This document shows, piece after piece, positions 17,283-27,907 of a stretch of DNA of 64,000 nt (within the stretch, counting starts at the first letter, position 1; every line of letters starts with the position of its first letter). Source of the stretch: an uncultured Acidobacteriaceae bacterium (GTDB taxonomy: Bacteria > Acidobacteriota > Terriglobia > Terriglobales > Acidobacteriaceae); NCBI GenBank assembly GCA_963755865.1, contig CAVWLY010000027.1:16649-80648 (forward strand). Reading direction: 5' to 3'. The position numbers were made by a program, and so were the translations under genes. Under the pieces are notes generated by a model. It was not told the origin of the DNA. It did not search any database and was given only the letters and a program-made list of their open reading frames with translations.

Positions 17283-17660
17283 ATGCGGCAAATGATTTTT
17301 CTACTTCTGTTGAGTTCGACCTTGTGGGCACAAAGCGGCGACAGTCAGGCGAAGCCGCCGGCTCAGAATCGGCAGAATCAGGCGGAAGCGGCGGAGCAAT
17401 CCACGATGCAGCCATCGCCGGGTGAAGCCGGTGACGATCTGGCGCAAATGCGTCTCGATCTCGACCACATGGAGAGCCTGCTGAACAACATGAGCGGCGA
17501 GATCACGTTCTTGCGAGACCAGAACCTGCAAATCCTGCTGAATAGTAACGCCCGCATGTGGAGGATCTTGATCCGCGACCTGCGCTTGCAAATCAACCGC
17601 GAGGAGCAGCGACGGGGCGGGAAAACGACGGTGCCAGAACGCCCAGCTCCCCAACACTAG
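17283..17660 (+). CDS. Secreted hypothetical protein
   Basis: MRQMIFLLLLSSTLWAQS signal peptide followed by a predicted helical body. No family recognised. Confidence 0.5.
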   Translation: MRQMIFLLLLSSTLWAQSGDSQAKPPAQNRQNQAEAAEQSTMQPSPGEAGDDLAQMRLDLDHMESLLNNMSGEITFLRDQNLQILLNSNARMWRILIRDLRLQINREEQRRGGKTTVPERPAPQH

Positions 17661-17719
17661 GGGTCTGCTTTGGGACGATTCGGGATCAAGCAGATCCCTG
17701 ACGCCGAGATTTGCCTTTA

Positions 17720-18220
17720 TTACCGCGTGTACTGACGAATCAACTCCGCTGCGCCCGGATACTGGGCGATTAATTCGTCGCAATTGCCATTCTCATAATC
17801 CGCGTAATCGAAGCCCGGAGACATGGTGGTCCCCATCAGCGCGAATTTGCCACCGGATGCCAGCTTGCATCCCTGCCAGATGCCGCCGCGAACCACCACT
17901 TGCGGATGCTGTCCGCCTGCCAGGTCGCTGCCCAGCGTGATCGTCTGCGAGCTCCCGTCAGGCAGCAACTGCAGCATGATCGCCGGATCGCCAAGATAAA
18001 AGTGAAATACCTCAGAGCCCGGCAGCCGATGCAACGCCGAGAACGTTTCCGGCGTGATCATGTAGTAGATCGCCGTGCCGATGGAGCGCGAACCACGAAC
18101 GCCCTCGGGCAAATATTCCGCCGAGACGTTCCAGCGCGAGCGATAGGTTTCACGAAAGAAGCCACCCTCAATTGAGAGCGGTTGTAGTTGCAGCAGTTGT
18201 TTGACTTCATCCGCAGTCAT
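17720..18220 (-). CDS. Cupin-fold protein (DUF985-like)
   Basis: 166 aa with LQPLSIEGGFFRETYRS...GTAIYYMI...SALHRL..EVFHFYLG, the DUF985 cupin pattern. Confidence 0.8.
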   Translation of the reverse strand: MTADEVKQLLQLQPLSIEGGFFRETYRSRWNVSAEYLPEGVRGSRSIGTAIYYMITPETFSALHRLPGSEVFHFYLGDPAIMLQLLPDGSSQTITLGSDLAGGQHPQVVVRGGIWQGCKLASGGKFALMGTTMSPGFDYADYENGNCDELIAQYPGAAELIRQYTR

Positions 18221-18236
18221 GGCGGAAACAGCGTAT

Positions 18237-19114
18237 CACTTCACGACGGCAGAGTGCTCTGCTCCTGGTATGTGGTCAGGTGCCTTGCTCCAAATCGGAG
18301 CTTCGACGCGGTGCAACTTCACAATTCTCCACAGGAAGAAGAGCGCCGCGACAAGGCAGACCAGGACGGCGACAATCGAGGCTTCCGGCCCGAAGGCGCC
18401 GCCGGTCAGAGCTCTCCGGCCCGCTCAGCGATCCGCGCAGCAGGCCGACTCCCATAGTGTTGCCCGAGAGCGTCATGCCGAACAGCGATCCTTCCGTAAA
18501 ATTCCAGCCGGCGTGCAGCCCGATGGGCAGCCATAGTCGCTGGGTCGCCGCATAGGCCGCGCCCAGTAAGACGCCGGCTTCCAGCGCAATCGCTACCGAA
18601 CTGCGGATGGAGGCTCCCCGATTGGCCAGATGTGCGAGGCCAAAGAGGGCCTGCGGTAAAGATCAACGCGCCCCACGTTCCCACAATCTTCGAACTCAAT
18701 CGGAAGAGAAGTCCGCGAAACAGGATCTCTTCCATGATGCCCGCCAGCACGGCAAAGAAGAGTCCGCTGGCCAGCCCGCTGGTCGTGCCCCAGCCCCCGG
18801 GATGATAGATGCCCATCGCGAGCAGGATCACCATCACGGCCGCGAACAGCACAAAGCCAAGAGCGATTCCCGTAGCGCATTCCGGCAAAGCGCGGTTGGC
18901 GGCAAACTCCGTCGGGATGCGGCGCTCGATCAGCCTGAAGCCAGAATGTAAGTGGCGAGGACGAGCACTGCCATAACGCCCGCTCCCGCCGAGAACATGT
19001 GCTTCCGCACCACCGGCTGGAAATACCGCTAAAACCAGCAACGACGGCCACCAAATTCAGCAGGCCAAGGCCGACTTCTTTCCATTTCTTGCGCAGGATG
19101 TCCTCCGCGATCAC
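18237..19114 (-). pseudogene. CPBP-family intramembrane metalloprotease, split over three frames
   Basis: The EEILFRGLLF motif is in the 18406-19041 frame. The expected continuation LFGLAHLANRGAS...LWLPIGLHAGWNFTEGSLFG is in a second frame, and the tail TGGAFGPEASIVAVLVCLVAALFFLWRIV is in a third. This implies at least 3 indels. Confidence 0.65.
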
Positions 19115-19240
19115 GAACTGATACGCTCATGAGCGGGTCGAAGTTCCAGCGAATTGCAGAATCGTGGCGTACTGGCTGAAACTGCAGCCTGCGGATTTAC
19201 GTGTTTCTTTAGACCGCTAAACCCGAGCACTAACCCCGAT

Positions 19241-20270
19241 CTAATCCTTCGCCCCTGACTTCCGCAATTTCTCCACCCGCTCGGCCATCGCCCACTTCAG
19301 GTCGTCAATTCCTTCGCCGGTCACCGCTGAGATGGGAAACAGCTCCAGCTTCTTGCGCTTGCAGTAGCGCTTCAGTTTTGCCAGCTTGTCTTTGTTCGCC
19401 ACATCCATCTTCGACGCGACAACAATCGTCGGCTTGGTGTCGAGGCCTGCGCCAAAGGTCGCCAGCTCGCGGGTGATGACTTCGTAATCCTGCACCGGGT
19501 CGGGACGGCCGCTGGCGTCGGAGACATCCACCAGGTGCGCAAGCAGTCGGGTGCGCTCGATGTGCCGCAGAAATTGCGTGCCCAACCCTGCGCCTTGGCT
19601 AGCGCCTTCAATCAGTCCAGGAATATCGGCCACCACGAAGCTGACCTCTTCCGGCGCTTCTCCCACGGCTACCACGCCGAGGTTCGGCTGCAACGTGGTG
19701 AACGGATAGTCGGCGATTTTGGGCCGCGCCGCCGAGATGCGCGAGATCAGCGTGCTCTTGCCGGCATTGGGATAGCCGACCAGTCCGACGTCAGCGAGCA
19801 GCTTCAGTTCGAGTCGCAGCTCGCGCTCTTCTCCGGGGTGTGCCCTCTTCGTGCTCGCGCGGCGCCTGATGAGTCGAGGTCGCGAAACGGGCATTGCCGC
19901 GACCGCCTCGACCGCCTCGCGCCACCACGACACGCTCGTCGGGATGCGAGAAGTCATGCACCACTTCGCCGGTCATCTCGTCATAAACGATGGTCCCGAC
20001 CGGCACCTTCAGCACAATGCTTTCGCCCTCGCGGCCGGTTTTGTTGGAGCCCTCGCCATGGCGTCCGCGCTCGGCCTTGTATTCGGGGTTGAAGCGGAAG
20101 TGGACGAGAGTGTTGTGGCGTTCGCTCGATTCCATTACCACGTCGCCACCATGACCGCCGTCGCCGCCCGACGGACCTCCGCGCGGCACGAACTTCTCGC
20201 GCCGAAATGCCATGCAGCCATTGCCGCCATCGCCGGCTTTCACTCGAATTTTTGCTTCGTCAACGAACAT
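19241..20270 (-). CDS. obg: GTPase Obg, with one apparent frameshift near 19845
   Basis: The N-terminal [42 protein letters not shown] is in one frame. ...[30 protein letters not shown]... is in another. Shortening a C4 run to C3 gives [15 protein letters not shown]. Confidence 0.9.
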
Positions 20271-20282
20271 GGGAAAACAGGG

Positions 20283-20517
20283 GTTAGTGGATAGCGGTTA
20301 GGGACTAGTGTAAGAGCTATCAGCTGTCAACTTTCTGCCTCGATTAGACTTGGTCGTCGAAGGTAGTTCTAGGGACTTTCGCGGATGAACCTCGGTGCCC
20401 CAACTTTGCGGCCTAGCTGATAGCTGAAAGCTGATGGCTGACGGCTCCCAACGAAAAAGGCCTCGCCGCGACGAGGCCCGTCCTCATAACTAGTTGCTAG
20501 CTGCTAGTTGCTAGTTG
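20283..20517. repeat. Cluster of heptamer-periodic tracts in the obg-rpmA spacer
   Basis: GTTAGTG GATAGCG GTTAGGG ACTAGTG TAAGAGC TATCAGC TGTCAAC at 20283-20331. CTAGCTG ATAGCTG AAAGCTG ATGGCTG ACGGCTC at 20413-20447. CTAGTTG CTAGCTG CTAGTTG CTAGTTG at 20490-20517, which encodes the last residues (TTSN) and the stop of rpmA. Confidence 0.7.
20454..20478 (-). terminator. Rho-independent terminator after rpmA
   Basis: GGCCTCG-ccgcga-CGAGGCC preceded by A5 on the plus strand, which reads as a stem plus T5 on the minus strand. Confidence 0.6.
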
Positions 20518-20773
20518 TTTCCTGCGGCGTAACCGACACGAATTTGCCCATCTGCCCGCGGTCCTTGAACTCGACAACGCCTGTGACCTTGGCGAACAGC
20601 GTATCGTCTTTGCCGCGGCCCACATTCAGCCCCGGCTTGATGCGAGTGCCGCGTTGCCGCACGATGATGGAGCCACCCGAAACCAGCTGGCCTCCGAACG
20701 ATTTCACGCCCAGCCGCTGCGCGTTAGAGTCGCGGCCGTTTCGAGAGCTACCTAAACCTTTTTTATGTGCCAT
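20504..20773 (-). CDS. rpmA: 50S ribosomal protein L27
   Basis: [43 protein letters not shown]... Confidence 0.97.
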   Translation of the reverse strand: MAHKKGLGSSRNGRDSNAQRLGVKSFGGQLVSGGSIIVRQRGTRIKPGLNVGRGKDDTLFAKVTGVVEFKDRGQMGKFVSVTPQETTSN

Positions 20774-21029
20774 TGCAATGTCCTTGAGTCCGCGTGCCGG
20801 CTAACAGCCGGACTTCGGGTTAGAGATGACCACATAACGCCGGCCTGAGGCCGGCTCTACCGACAATCCGCTCGGCCCACAAATCCTACGTTTCCTGCAA
20901 ATCGGAGTCGCTTATCCGCGTCGCGCGAGACCAGCCGGCGGACCGCAACGGGAAGGTGCATCAAGACCGAATCAAAGCGCTTCGCCGCGGCCACTAACGC
21001 CAAGATCAACTGGCAGTCAACACCAGCCG

Positions 21030-21353
21030 CTAAGCCTTCAGTTCCTGGCCGTCCACGCTGATGCCGGTGATCTTCACGGCGGTGTACGGCTGGCGATGTC
21101 CGTTTAGCTTCTTGTATTGCTTCTTGCGCTTAAAGTGGAAGACCAGGATCTTGTCGGCGCGACCCTGCTCAACCACCTGTCCGCTGACGAAAGCCTTCGA
21201 TGGCTTGCCGAGTTCACCCTCGGAGCCGCTGACCGCCAGCACTTCGTCGAACTGAATGTTTTCGCCGCTGGTCTGCGGCAGCTTCTCGACCTTGATTACG
21301 TCTCCGGGTGCGACGCGATACTGCTTTCCCCCGGCGCGGATCACCGCGTACAT
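21030..21353 (-). CDS. rplU: 50S ribosomal protein L21
   Basis: MYAVIRAGGKQYRVAPGDVIKVEKL.... The start is taken at the internal Met of the 117-aa ORF. Confidence 0.95.
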   Translation of the reverse strand: MYAVIRAGGKQYRVAPGDVIKVEKLPQTSGENIQFDEVLAVSGSEGELGKPSKAFVSGQVVEQGRADKILVFHFKRKKQYKKLNGHRQPYTAVKITGISVDGQELKA

Positions 21354-21721
21354 GGCAATGCCTCCAATGAACTTTTCCGACAAAGGCTAGGCAACGCGTG
21401 GCTGCTAGACCATTCATCTCAGGCGGCTCGCAACTAACTGAGCGTCCCCGGCTTCACGCGCCGCAGACAGCTGTGGCGCGAACGACCGTTAAACTCTTTG
21501 TGCGCTTGCACTTCCCCGAGCCAGGAAGGAAACCTTCACGGAAAGGCGGGGATTGCCCCTGACGGGGAGCTGCTAGTACAGGCAAACAATAAAAGTGTAG
21601 CGTGTTTGGGCAGCGCAGGTCAAACACTTGCCTGTTGGGGTGGTACTTTCAATTCGCTCCGGAAGACACAATCACTCCGAAGCGCTTAAGACGATTTCAT
21701 CGGCCCGCTGCGCCACCTCGC

Positions 21722-22117
21722 TCATCGCCGTTTCTTGTTGAGGATGCCCAGAATCTCCTGCAAGCCCTGCCGAACTTTCTTGAGACTGTCGCCGGAACGC
21801 GGTTTGGGGAAGGGCAAGCCGTCCTGCCGGTGCGACGGTTTAAGCTCGGCCTTGAGATGCTGGCGGGCGCCGGCGATTGTGAAGCCCTCATCGTAAAGCA
21901 GCTTCTTGATGCGCAGGACATTTTCCACGTCACGCTGGCGATACATTCTCTGCCCGGTGCTGCTCTTGACTGGCTTGAGTTGAGGGAACTCAGTCTCCCA
22001 GAAGCGCAACACATAGGCCGGCAGACGGCAGAGGCTGGCCACTTCACCGATGCGGAAGTAGAGCTTGTCCGGGATAATCGGATCGGCGCTGCTGCGCTTT
22101 TTCTTCTCAGCCGTCAT
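21722..22117 (-). CDS. MerR-family transcriptional regulator
   Basis: [66 protein letters not shown], a MerR HTH. Confidence 0.85.
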   Translation of the reverse strand: MTAEKKKRSSADPIIPDKLYFRIGEVASLCRLPAYVLRFWETEFPQLKPVKSSTGQRMYRQRDVENVLRIKKLLYDEGFTIAGARQHLKAELKPSHRQDGLPFPKPRSGDSLKKVRQGLQEILGILNKKRR

Positions 22118-22421
22118 CGAAATGTCGCTAAGCCGCCCCTATGACTTGGAGTTCAATTCTAGCTGGTGTCGCCGAACCCGCGGCGCCTGGTGACGAGCGC
22201 CTTCGAGCATATAAACCCAGTCAACACCCATCCCATCACGGGCGATAGTGCTTAGTAATGTACACCACGATGCGAGCCGCGCTGGCGGTTATAAGACTTG
22301 CCGGTGATACCTCACCGCTCCCGTTACCGCTTGCGACAAGCTCCTACCCGCTCACCCTGATAAACTCCTTTGTTCATGTAGGTTGCTGAAGAGCGCATCG
22401 CGAAAGGCGAAATAGCGAACC

Positions 22422-23718
22422 ATGTCCCGCACTCTCAACACGTCCCGCGCATTGCAAACCCGCGCTGAGCATCTGATCCCCGGCGGAGTCAATTCGCCGG
22501 TGCGCGCCTTCCGTTCGGTAGGTGGCACGCCGCCGTTCCTTGTCCGCGGGCTTGGGGGCACATGTGTGGGATGCTGATGGCAACCAGTACATCGACTACG
22601 TTGGTTCGTGGGGACCGTTGATCCTCGGCCACTCCGACCCCGAAGTCCTCGAGGCCATCATCCAGGCCGCCCGCAATGGCACCAGCTTCGGGGCCTCCAC
22701 TCCAACTGAGACCGACTTGGCCGAGCTAGTGGTGGAGGCCTTTCCTGCTATCGAGAAGGTGCGCTTCGTCAGCTCGGGAACCGAAGCGACGATGTCGGCA
22801 ATTCGGCTGGCCCGCGCATATACCGAACGCAAGTTCATCGTGAAATTCGAAGGCTGCTATCACGGACACAGCGACGCACTGCTGGTAAAGGCTGGCTCCG
22901 GCGTAGCGACGCTCGGCATTCCCGGCTCGGCAGGCGTGCCGCCAGAGTTTGTCGAGTTCACCCTGGCGCTGCCTTACAACGATCGCAATGCGGTGGAAGC
23001 CGCATTCGCCAAATTCAAAGGCCAGATCGCTTGCGTGATCGTCGAGCCTGTCGTCGGCAACATGGGATGCGTTCCGCCCCAGCCGGGCTATCTCGAGGCT
23101 CTGCGCGAGATCACCGCGCGTGAAGGAGCGCTGCTCATTTTCGATGAGGTGATGACCGGATTTCGCGTGGCGTTCGGCGGCGCGTCGGAGCTGTACAACA
23201 TCAAGCCTGACCTAACGACGCTGGGCAAGATCATCGGCGGCGGTCTGCCTGTAGGCGCGTACGGCGGTCCGGCGAAGATTATGGACCTGGTCGCTCCCCT
23301 CGGCCCGGTGTATCAAGCGGGAACCCTGAGCGGCAATCCGCTGGCAATGGCGGCGGGCATCGCGACGCTCTGCCAGCTGAAGACCAACCGCCAGCAGTTC
23401 TACAAGCAGCTCGATGACATGGCGGGCAAGCTGGTAGCGGGCGTCATGACAGCAGCAAAGGATGCTGGTGTGCCAATGACCGCCAATCGCGTCGGGTCGA
23501 TGTTTACGTTCTTCTTCACCGACAAGCAGGTCACCGATTGGTCGAGTGCGGCCACCTGCGACACCGCGAAGTTTGGCCGCTTCCACGGCGCTCTGCTCGA
23601 CGCGGGGGTCTGGCTGCCGCCGTCGCAATTTGAAGCTGCCTTCCTCAGCATTGCACACATGCAAGGCGATATCGACGATACGATTGCCGCGGCAAGAGAA
23701 GCGCTGGCGCTGGTGTGA
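22422..23718 (+). CDS. hemL: Glutamate-1-semialdehyde 2,1-aminomutase, with one apparent frameshift near 22554
   Basis: ATG at 22422 gives [43 protein letters not shown], then the frame breaks in a G5 run. The rest ([21 protein letters not shown]...) is the 22522 ORF. A G4 run would restore RGLGAHVWD. Confidence 0.9.
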
Positions 23719-23725
23719 GTGCTTT

Positions 23726-23760
23726 GGCTAATGGCTAACGGCTAATGGCTAACGGCTGCC
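23726..23760. repeat. Heptamer tandem tract (GGCTAAT/GGCTAAC)
   Basis: GGCTAATGGCTAACGGCTAATGGCTAACGGCTGCC lies between convergent hemL and the deacetylase gene. It encodes the last 7 residues (QPLAISR) and the stop of the deacetylase. Confidence 0.7.
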
Positions 23761-24469
23761 TCTGCATCATCTCGGGAATCGTGACGAACTCGTACCCCTC
23801 GCCCAGATATCGTTTGAGGATGCGATCGCTGGCTTCGACGCTGCGGCTGCGGTCCACGCCCATGAGAACATGCGAGCCGTCGTGCAGCAGGATGACATCG
23901 CCACCACGAATCTGGCGCTCGGCGTGGGCAACGATCTCCTCGGCTGACTTCGCCTTCCAGTCGTAACAGGTCACGTTCCACATTACAGGCTGCTCACCGA
24001 AGGCCCGCACAGTGCGCAACGTCGCCGGACGGCGCCCGCCGAATGGAGGCCGGAAAATTTTCGTCTCGACGCCGGTGGCATCGAGGATAGCTTGCCGCGT
24101 CTGCACGAGCTGGCGGCGCAGTTCGGTCACTTGCTGAAAGATCAGGTTGGGATGGCTCCAGGTATGGCTGCCGATCGCGTGACCGGCGGCGGCCACGGCG
24201 CGCGCGATTTCGGGCTTCTGCTGAACGTATTGCCCGATGAGGAAAAACGTCGACTTCACCCGATGTCGTTCCAGCACCTCGAGCATGCGCCAGGTGTAAG
24301 GATCGTTGGGTCCGTCATCATAAGTCAACGCCAGCTGGCGAGAGCCTGGACCGAGGCCGATGAACGTCCGCCCATAGAGCTGCGAGGTGGGCGACATGGT
24401 ATGGTAGCCCGCCCAACACGCCAGCCCCACAATTGCCGCCCCGCCAGTAAACTGTGGTAGCACGGCCAC
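23735..24469 (-). CDS. Polysaccharide deacetylase (NodB-homology) family protein
   Basis: LTYDDGPND and HTWSHP motifs, with an N-terminal TM segment. Confidence 0.85.
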   Translation of the reverse strand: MAVLPQFTGGAAIVGLACWAGYHTMSPTSQLYGRTFIGLGPGSRQLALTYDDGPNDPYTWRMLEVLERHRVKSTFFLIGQYVQQKPEIARAVAAAGHAIGSHTWSHPNLIFQQVTELRRQLVQTRQAILDATGVETKIFRPPFGGRRPATLRTVRAFGEQPVMWNVTCYDWKAKSAEEIVAHAERQIRGGDVILLHDGSHVLMGVDRSRSVEASDRILKRYLGEGYEFVTIPEMMQRQPLAISR

Positions 24470-24495
24470 AATTGTAGCGGGAGGGGACCGCTGTT

Positions 24496-24733
24496 TGCTC
24501 TTCGCTATTCGCCCTTCGCCTTTCGCTTACCCCCTTCGCTCTGTCCGCTTTCGCAGCAGGCAGACAGCTCGGATCTAAAGATACCCGATTAAGAACGAGG
24601 GTGACCCATTCAAAGAATCCATTGAGCCGCTCGAAACCCAGTGAGCAAGTAGCCAATAGCGAAGAGCCAATGGCGAACAGCGAATAGCGAAATGGCGAAG
24701 AGCGAAGAGCGAACCGCGAACCGCGAATAGCGA
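24496..24733. repeat. Large heptamer-periodic inverted repeat (CGAAGAG/CGAATAG type)
   Basis: The left arm at 24496-24556 (CTCTTCG CTATTCG CCCTTCG CCTTTCG ...) is complementary in kind to the right arm at 24651-24733 (AGCGAAG AGCCAAT GGCGAAC AGCGAAT AGCGAAA ...). The central spacer is about 95 nt. Confidence 0.65.
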
Positions 24734-24812
24734 TCCCCCAAACATTTACCATCACGACAATTGCGCGCGGACGGCGAGCAAGATATTCTGCGATTCGTAA
24801 CGTTTTACTCCC

Positions 24813-25481
24813 ATGGCGAACCTTTTCGAACCACCCCGGTACATTGCAGTCGAAGGTCCGATCCGCGTCGGCAAGAGCACGCTCTGCCAGGTCATCGCGG
24901 AAACCCTGCGCGCGCAGCGCATCACCGAGCCTGAGCACAATCCGTTTCTGCGCTCGTTTTACGAAGGTGAGCACGGGGCCGCTTTCCAGGCGCAGTTTGC
25001 GTTCCTCATCGCGCGTTACGAACAACTGGGCAGCCTCGACGTCAAACACAATCCCAACAAGACCTACGTAGCCGATTACATTTTCGAAAAGGACAAGCTA
25101 TTTGCCTGCCTCAACCTGGGCGATGCAGAGCTCGACGTTTACAACCGCTACTACGAGCTTTTCCGGCAAAACGTGCCCACGCCTGATCTTGTCATCTACC
25201 TGCAGGCGACGCCTGAAGTGCTGAAGAAGCGGCTGAAGAAGAAGAACGCCCCCGGCGAGAAGGCCATCAGCGATGACTACCTGGAAGAAGTGATCAAGGC
25301 CTACGAGCACTTTTTCTTTCACTACACCTCGTCGGACCTGCTGATCGTGAACACCTCAGAGATTGACTTCGTGGAGCGCAGCGAGGATTTGCAGGCGCTC
25401 TTGCGGCGAGTCAGCGAGCCGATCCGGGGCACGCAATATTTTCTGCCGCTTGGGCCGGACGAGCAATCAGCCAGAGCGTAA
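24813..25481 (+). CDS. Deoxynucleoside kinase
   Basis: YIAVEGPIRVGKSTL P-loop and the overall dNK-family pattern (EHNPFL..FY, ERS/DR motifs). Confidence 0.85.
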   Translation: MANLFEPPRYIAVEGPIRVGKSTLCQVIAETLRAQRITEPEHNPFLRSFYEGEHGAAFQAQFAFLIARYEQLGSLDVKHNPNKTYVADYIFEKDKLFACLNLGDAELDVYNRYYELFRQNVPTPDLVIYLQATPEVLKKRLKKKNAPGEKAISDDYLEEVIKAYEHFFFHYTSSDLLIVNTSEIDFVERSEDLQALLRRVSEPIRGTQYFLPLGPDEQSARA

Positions 25482-25816
25482 CCGTGTTCACCAATTTTAT
25501 TGTTGACGCGTTTGGCATCAGGCGGAGCTGGTCTCGCTGATCAACGTGGCGCACACTGCGAACATGCAGGTCTATGCCGACCCGCACAGCATGGCCTCGA
25601 GCTCCGGTACCCACTGGCGCTGATCGGCCGTCAGTTTCTGCTCTGCCTCAATCCGGCGAGGGTCCAGCCTTTCCACTGGGATATTGGTCCATTCATCCCA
25701 TGGGTACCTTTCCCTTGTTCGCTGCTGTTGCGGACAGGGTGGGAGCGCTGGTCTCGACTTCGCTCGGGGCAGGCTCGTCTCGCCAAAGCCGGGCGACAAT
25801 CACCCCACTCTTCGAT

Positions 25817-26572
25817 ATGGAGGCAAGAAAACTGATCGTGGCTTACTGTCGAATTTCGACCTTAGAGCAGAAGAAAAACGGGCTCGGGATTGAAATTCAG
25901 GTGCGCGACGCCACGCTCTTCGCTCAGGCGCAGGGCTTATTTATTGATCGTTTCTATCGTGACGAGGGAGAAAGCGGTGTTCTGGAGAATCGGCCGCAGC
26001 TCAAGAAGCTGATCAGGCAATGCAAGTTGAAGCGCGTCGAAGCATTCATCATTCCGTCTCTTGATCGGCTGTCGCGCGACGTGCGCATCGCAGAGAATTT
26101 ATTCTGGCAGTTTGAACGCTACGGCGTGCGGGTGCTGATTGCTGACATGCCGAACTACAACAGTCGCGATCGGCGGGAAGTACTGATCCGCCAAATTCGC
26201 GAAGCCATTGCCGAGGACAATCGGAAGGAAATCATCGAGCGATTGCTGAAGGGACGGCAGGAGCGGGTGAGAAAGGGCCATTCGCCTGGCGGCAATGTTC
26301 CGTACGGATATCGCCGAGAGCGGAAGACCCTTGTTCTCAATGAGCTCGAAGCCGCTGTCGTGCGGACAATTCTTGAAGCGCGGCAGCACGGAAGATCGGT
26401 TCCTGAAATCGTAGAGCTGTTAAGCCGCCAAGGCTACGAACGCAGAAATGGCAAACAATGGACACGTCGGCAGGTGCAAGCCATCCTCTCGCGAAGGGAA
26501 TTCTATGAACAAGGAAAGTTTCGTTATGGCAAGGTGGAGGGCGTGAATGAGCAGTTTATTCTGCGCGACTAG
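25817..26572 (+). CDS. Serine recombinase (resolvase catalytic domain plus recombinase domain, short form)
   Basis: MEARKLIVAYCRISTLEQ (catalytic Ser), DRLSRD, then GGNVPYGYRRE of the recombinase domain. It is only 251 aa, with no zinc-ribbon or coiled-coil tail. Confidence 0.85.
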   Translation: MEARKLIVAYCRISTLEQKKNGLGIEIQVRDATLFAQAQGLFIDRFYRDEGESGVLENRPQLKKLIRQCKLKRVEAFIIPSLDRLSRDVRIAENLFWQFERYGVRVLIADMPNYNSRDRREVLIRQIREAIAEDNRKEIIERLLKGRQERVRKGHSPGGNVPYGYRRERKTLVLNELEAAVVRTILEARQHGRSVPEIVELLSRQGYERRNGKQWTRRQVQAILSRREFYEQGKFRYGKVEGVNEQFILRD

Positions 26573-27261
26573 TTGGCTCGGAGGCGGCGGGCTCCGCTTT
26601 GTAAAGCGAAGCCTTGGAGATCCTTGATAACCACTTCCGCACCCGATGCGGACGCATGCCAATACCAAAGTGAAGTTGTTGTGCTCCCCACCGACATCGC
26701 CCGAGTGGGAAGCCACCCAAGGCCACAACCAAAGAAGGAACTCCAACTACTCCAACTGCGGACTACTGTAAGCCGAGCCCTTCTAGGGTGACCTATCTAG
26801 TGAAAGGAATCGACAGGTTTACAGCTGTTACCTTGCCGCCTAGCAGACAGTAGCCGCGATCAGCGGGATTTTTTCCTTAGCTGCTTCTACTTTCAACAGG
26901 TTCAGCGCCAGCAACCGCAGGTTGCTGCGCAGCACCCGCTCCGCGGTCACCTGTCACCCCTCCACCCGATGCCGAAGGCAGCGCGCTTTTGACTTTGAAG
27001 GATACCGCACAGTAACCCGGCTCCGAACCCCTGAACCTCACCCCTCACAGTGCCGGATTCACCACACTTCCTGGTAGCGAATCGGCGGCAGGATCGGGAT
27101 CGGAAAGCGGCGCTAATCGGACCTCGATCAGGGTGCAGATTGGCAGCTTCTCACTCCCGGAATCGGGAACGGATCACCAGCCCTAAACGGGAAGGCCGCG
27201 CCACACCCCGGCGCGGCCAGAGAACCACGAGCAGTGTGCTCCGTGGCCGATTCGGCCTGAA

Positions 27262-27885
27262 TTATTTGTAGCCGAGCTTCGCCATAAGCTTGGTGAAGTC
27301 CTCGTCTCGAACATACTTCTGGAAGGAGGAATCCGTGCGGGGATCAGGCATCTGTTCCCCTCTTAGAACGTGCTCTCTGTGCTGAAAGGCAACAGAGAGA
27401 TTTGTAAGCGCTTTGCCCTTGTCACCCTCCTCGGCGTAAGCGCAGGCCAAATTGTAATAGTTCAGGGGATACTCGGGATCTTCTCGAATCGCACTTTCCA
27501 GGAGAGCATGGGTCTTTTTTAGGTCGCCGCTAATCCCATAAGCCATCGCCAACTGATCTATGAGGACACGGTGCTGATCTGAGGAGAGTTTGCTGCCGCT
27601 CGCTTCCAACTCACGCGCTTTTTCGTACGGAGCCACTGCTTCTGCATACTTCTCCTGCTTAAACAGAGCATGCCCAAGGTACGCCTGAGCGTCGATATCC
27701 GCTGGATCACGTTTCACTAACTCCCGAAGGTCACGCTCTGCGTCGGCAAACTTCCCCGCAATATATTCCTGCCGTGCTTGCTCCAGCAGCTTTTCTTTCG
27801 ACTGCGAACCCTGCGCGAAACACAGGTCACCCGCAAAGAGAGCAACAAACGAAACAGCCAACACCATGCGCAAGCAATATTTCAT
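27262..27885 (-). CDS. Secreted TPR-repeat protein
   Basis: MKYCLRMVLAVSFVALFAGDLCFAQG signal peptide after a GGAGGGA RBS, then several TPR-like units (AEAVAPYEKARELE, YNLACAYAEEGDKGKAL). Confidence 0.75.
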   Translation of the reverse strand: MKYCLRMVLAVSFVALFAGDLCFAQGSQSKEKLLEQARQEYIAGKFADAERDLRELVKRDPADIDAQAYLGHALFKQEKYAEAVAPYEKARELEASGSKLSSDQHRVLIDQLAMAYGISGDLKKTHALLESAIREDPEYPLNYYNLACAYAEEGDKGKALTNLSVAFQHREHVLRGEQMPDPRTDSSFQKYVRDEDFTKLMAKLGYK

Positions 27886-27907
27886 AAGTTCTCCCTCCGC
27901 ACGTAAA

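Noticed and set aside
24318-25049. 243-aa minus-strand ORF bridging the deacetylase start, the heptamer-repeat spacer and the kinase start.
   Set aside because: It overlaps two well-supported genes on both ends, and its middle is a translated repeat (…FALRSSPFRYSLFAIGSSLLA…). It has no motif.
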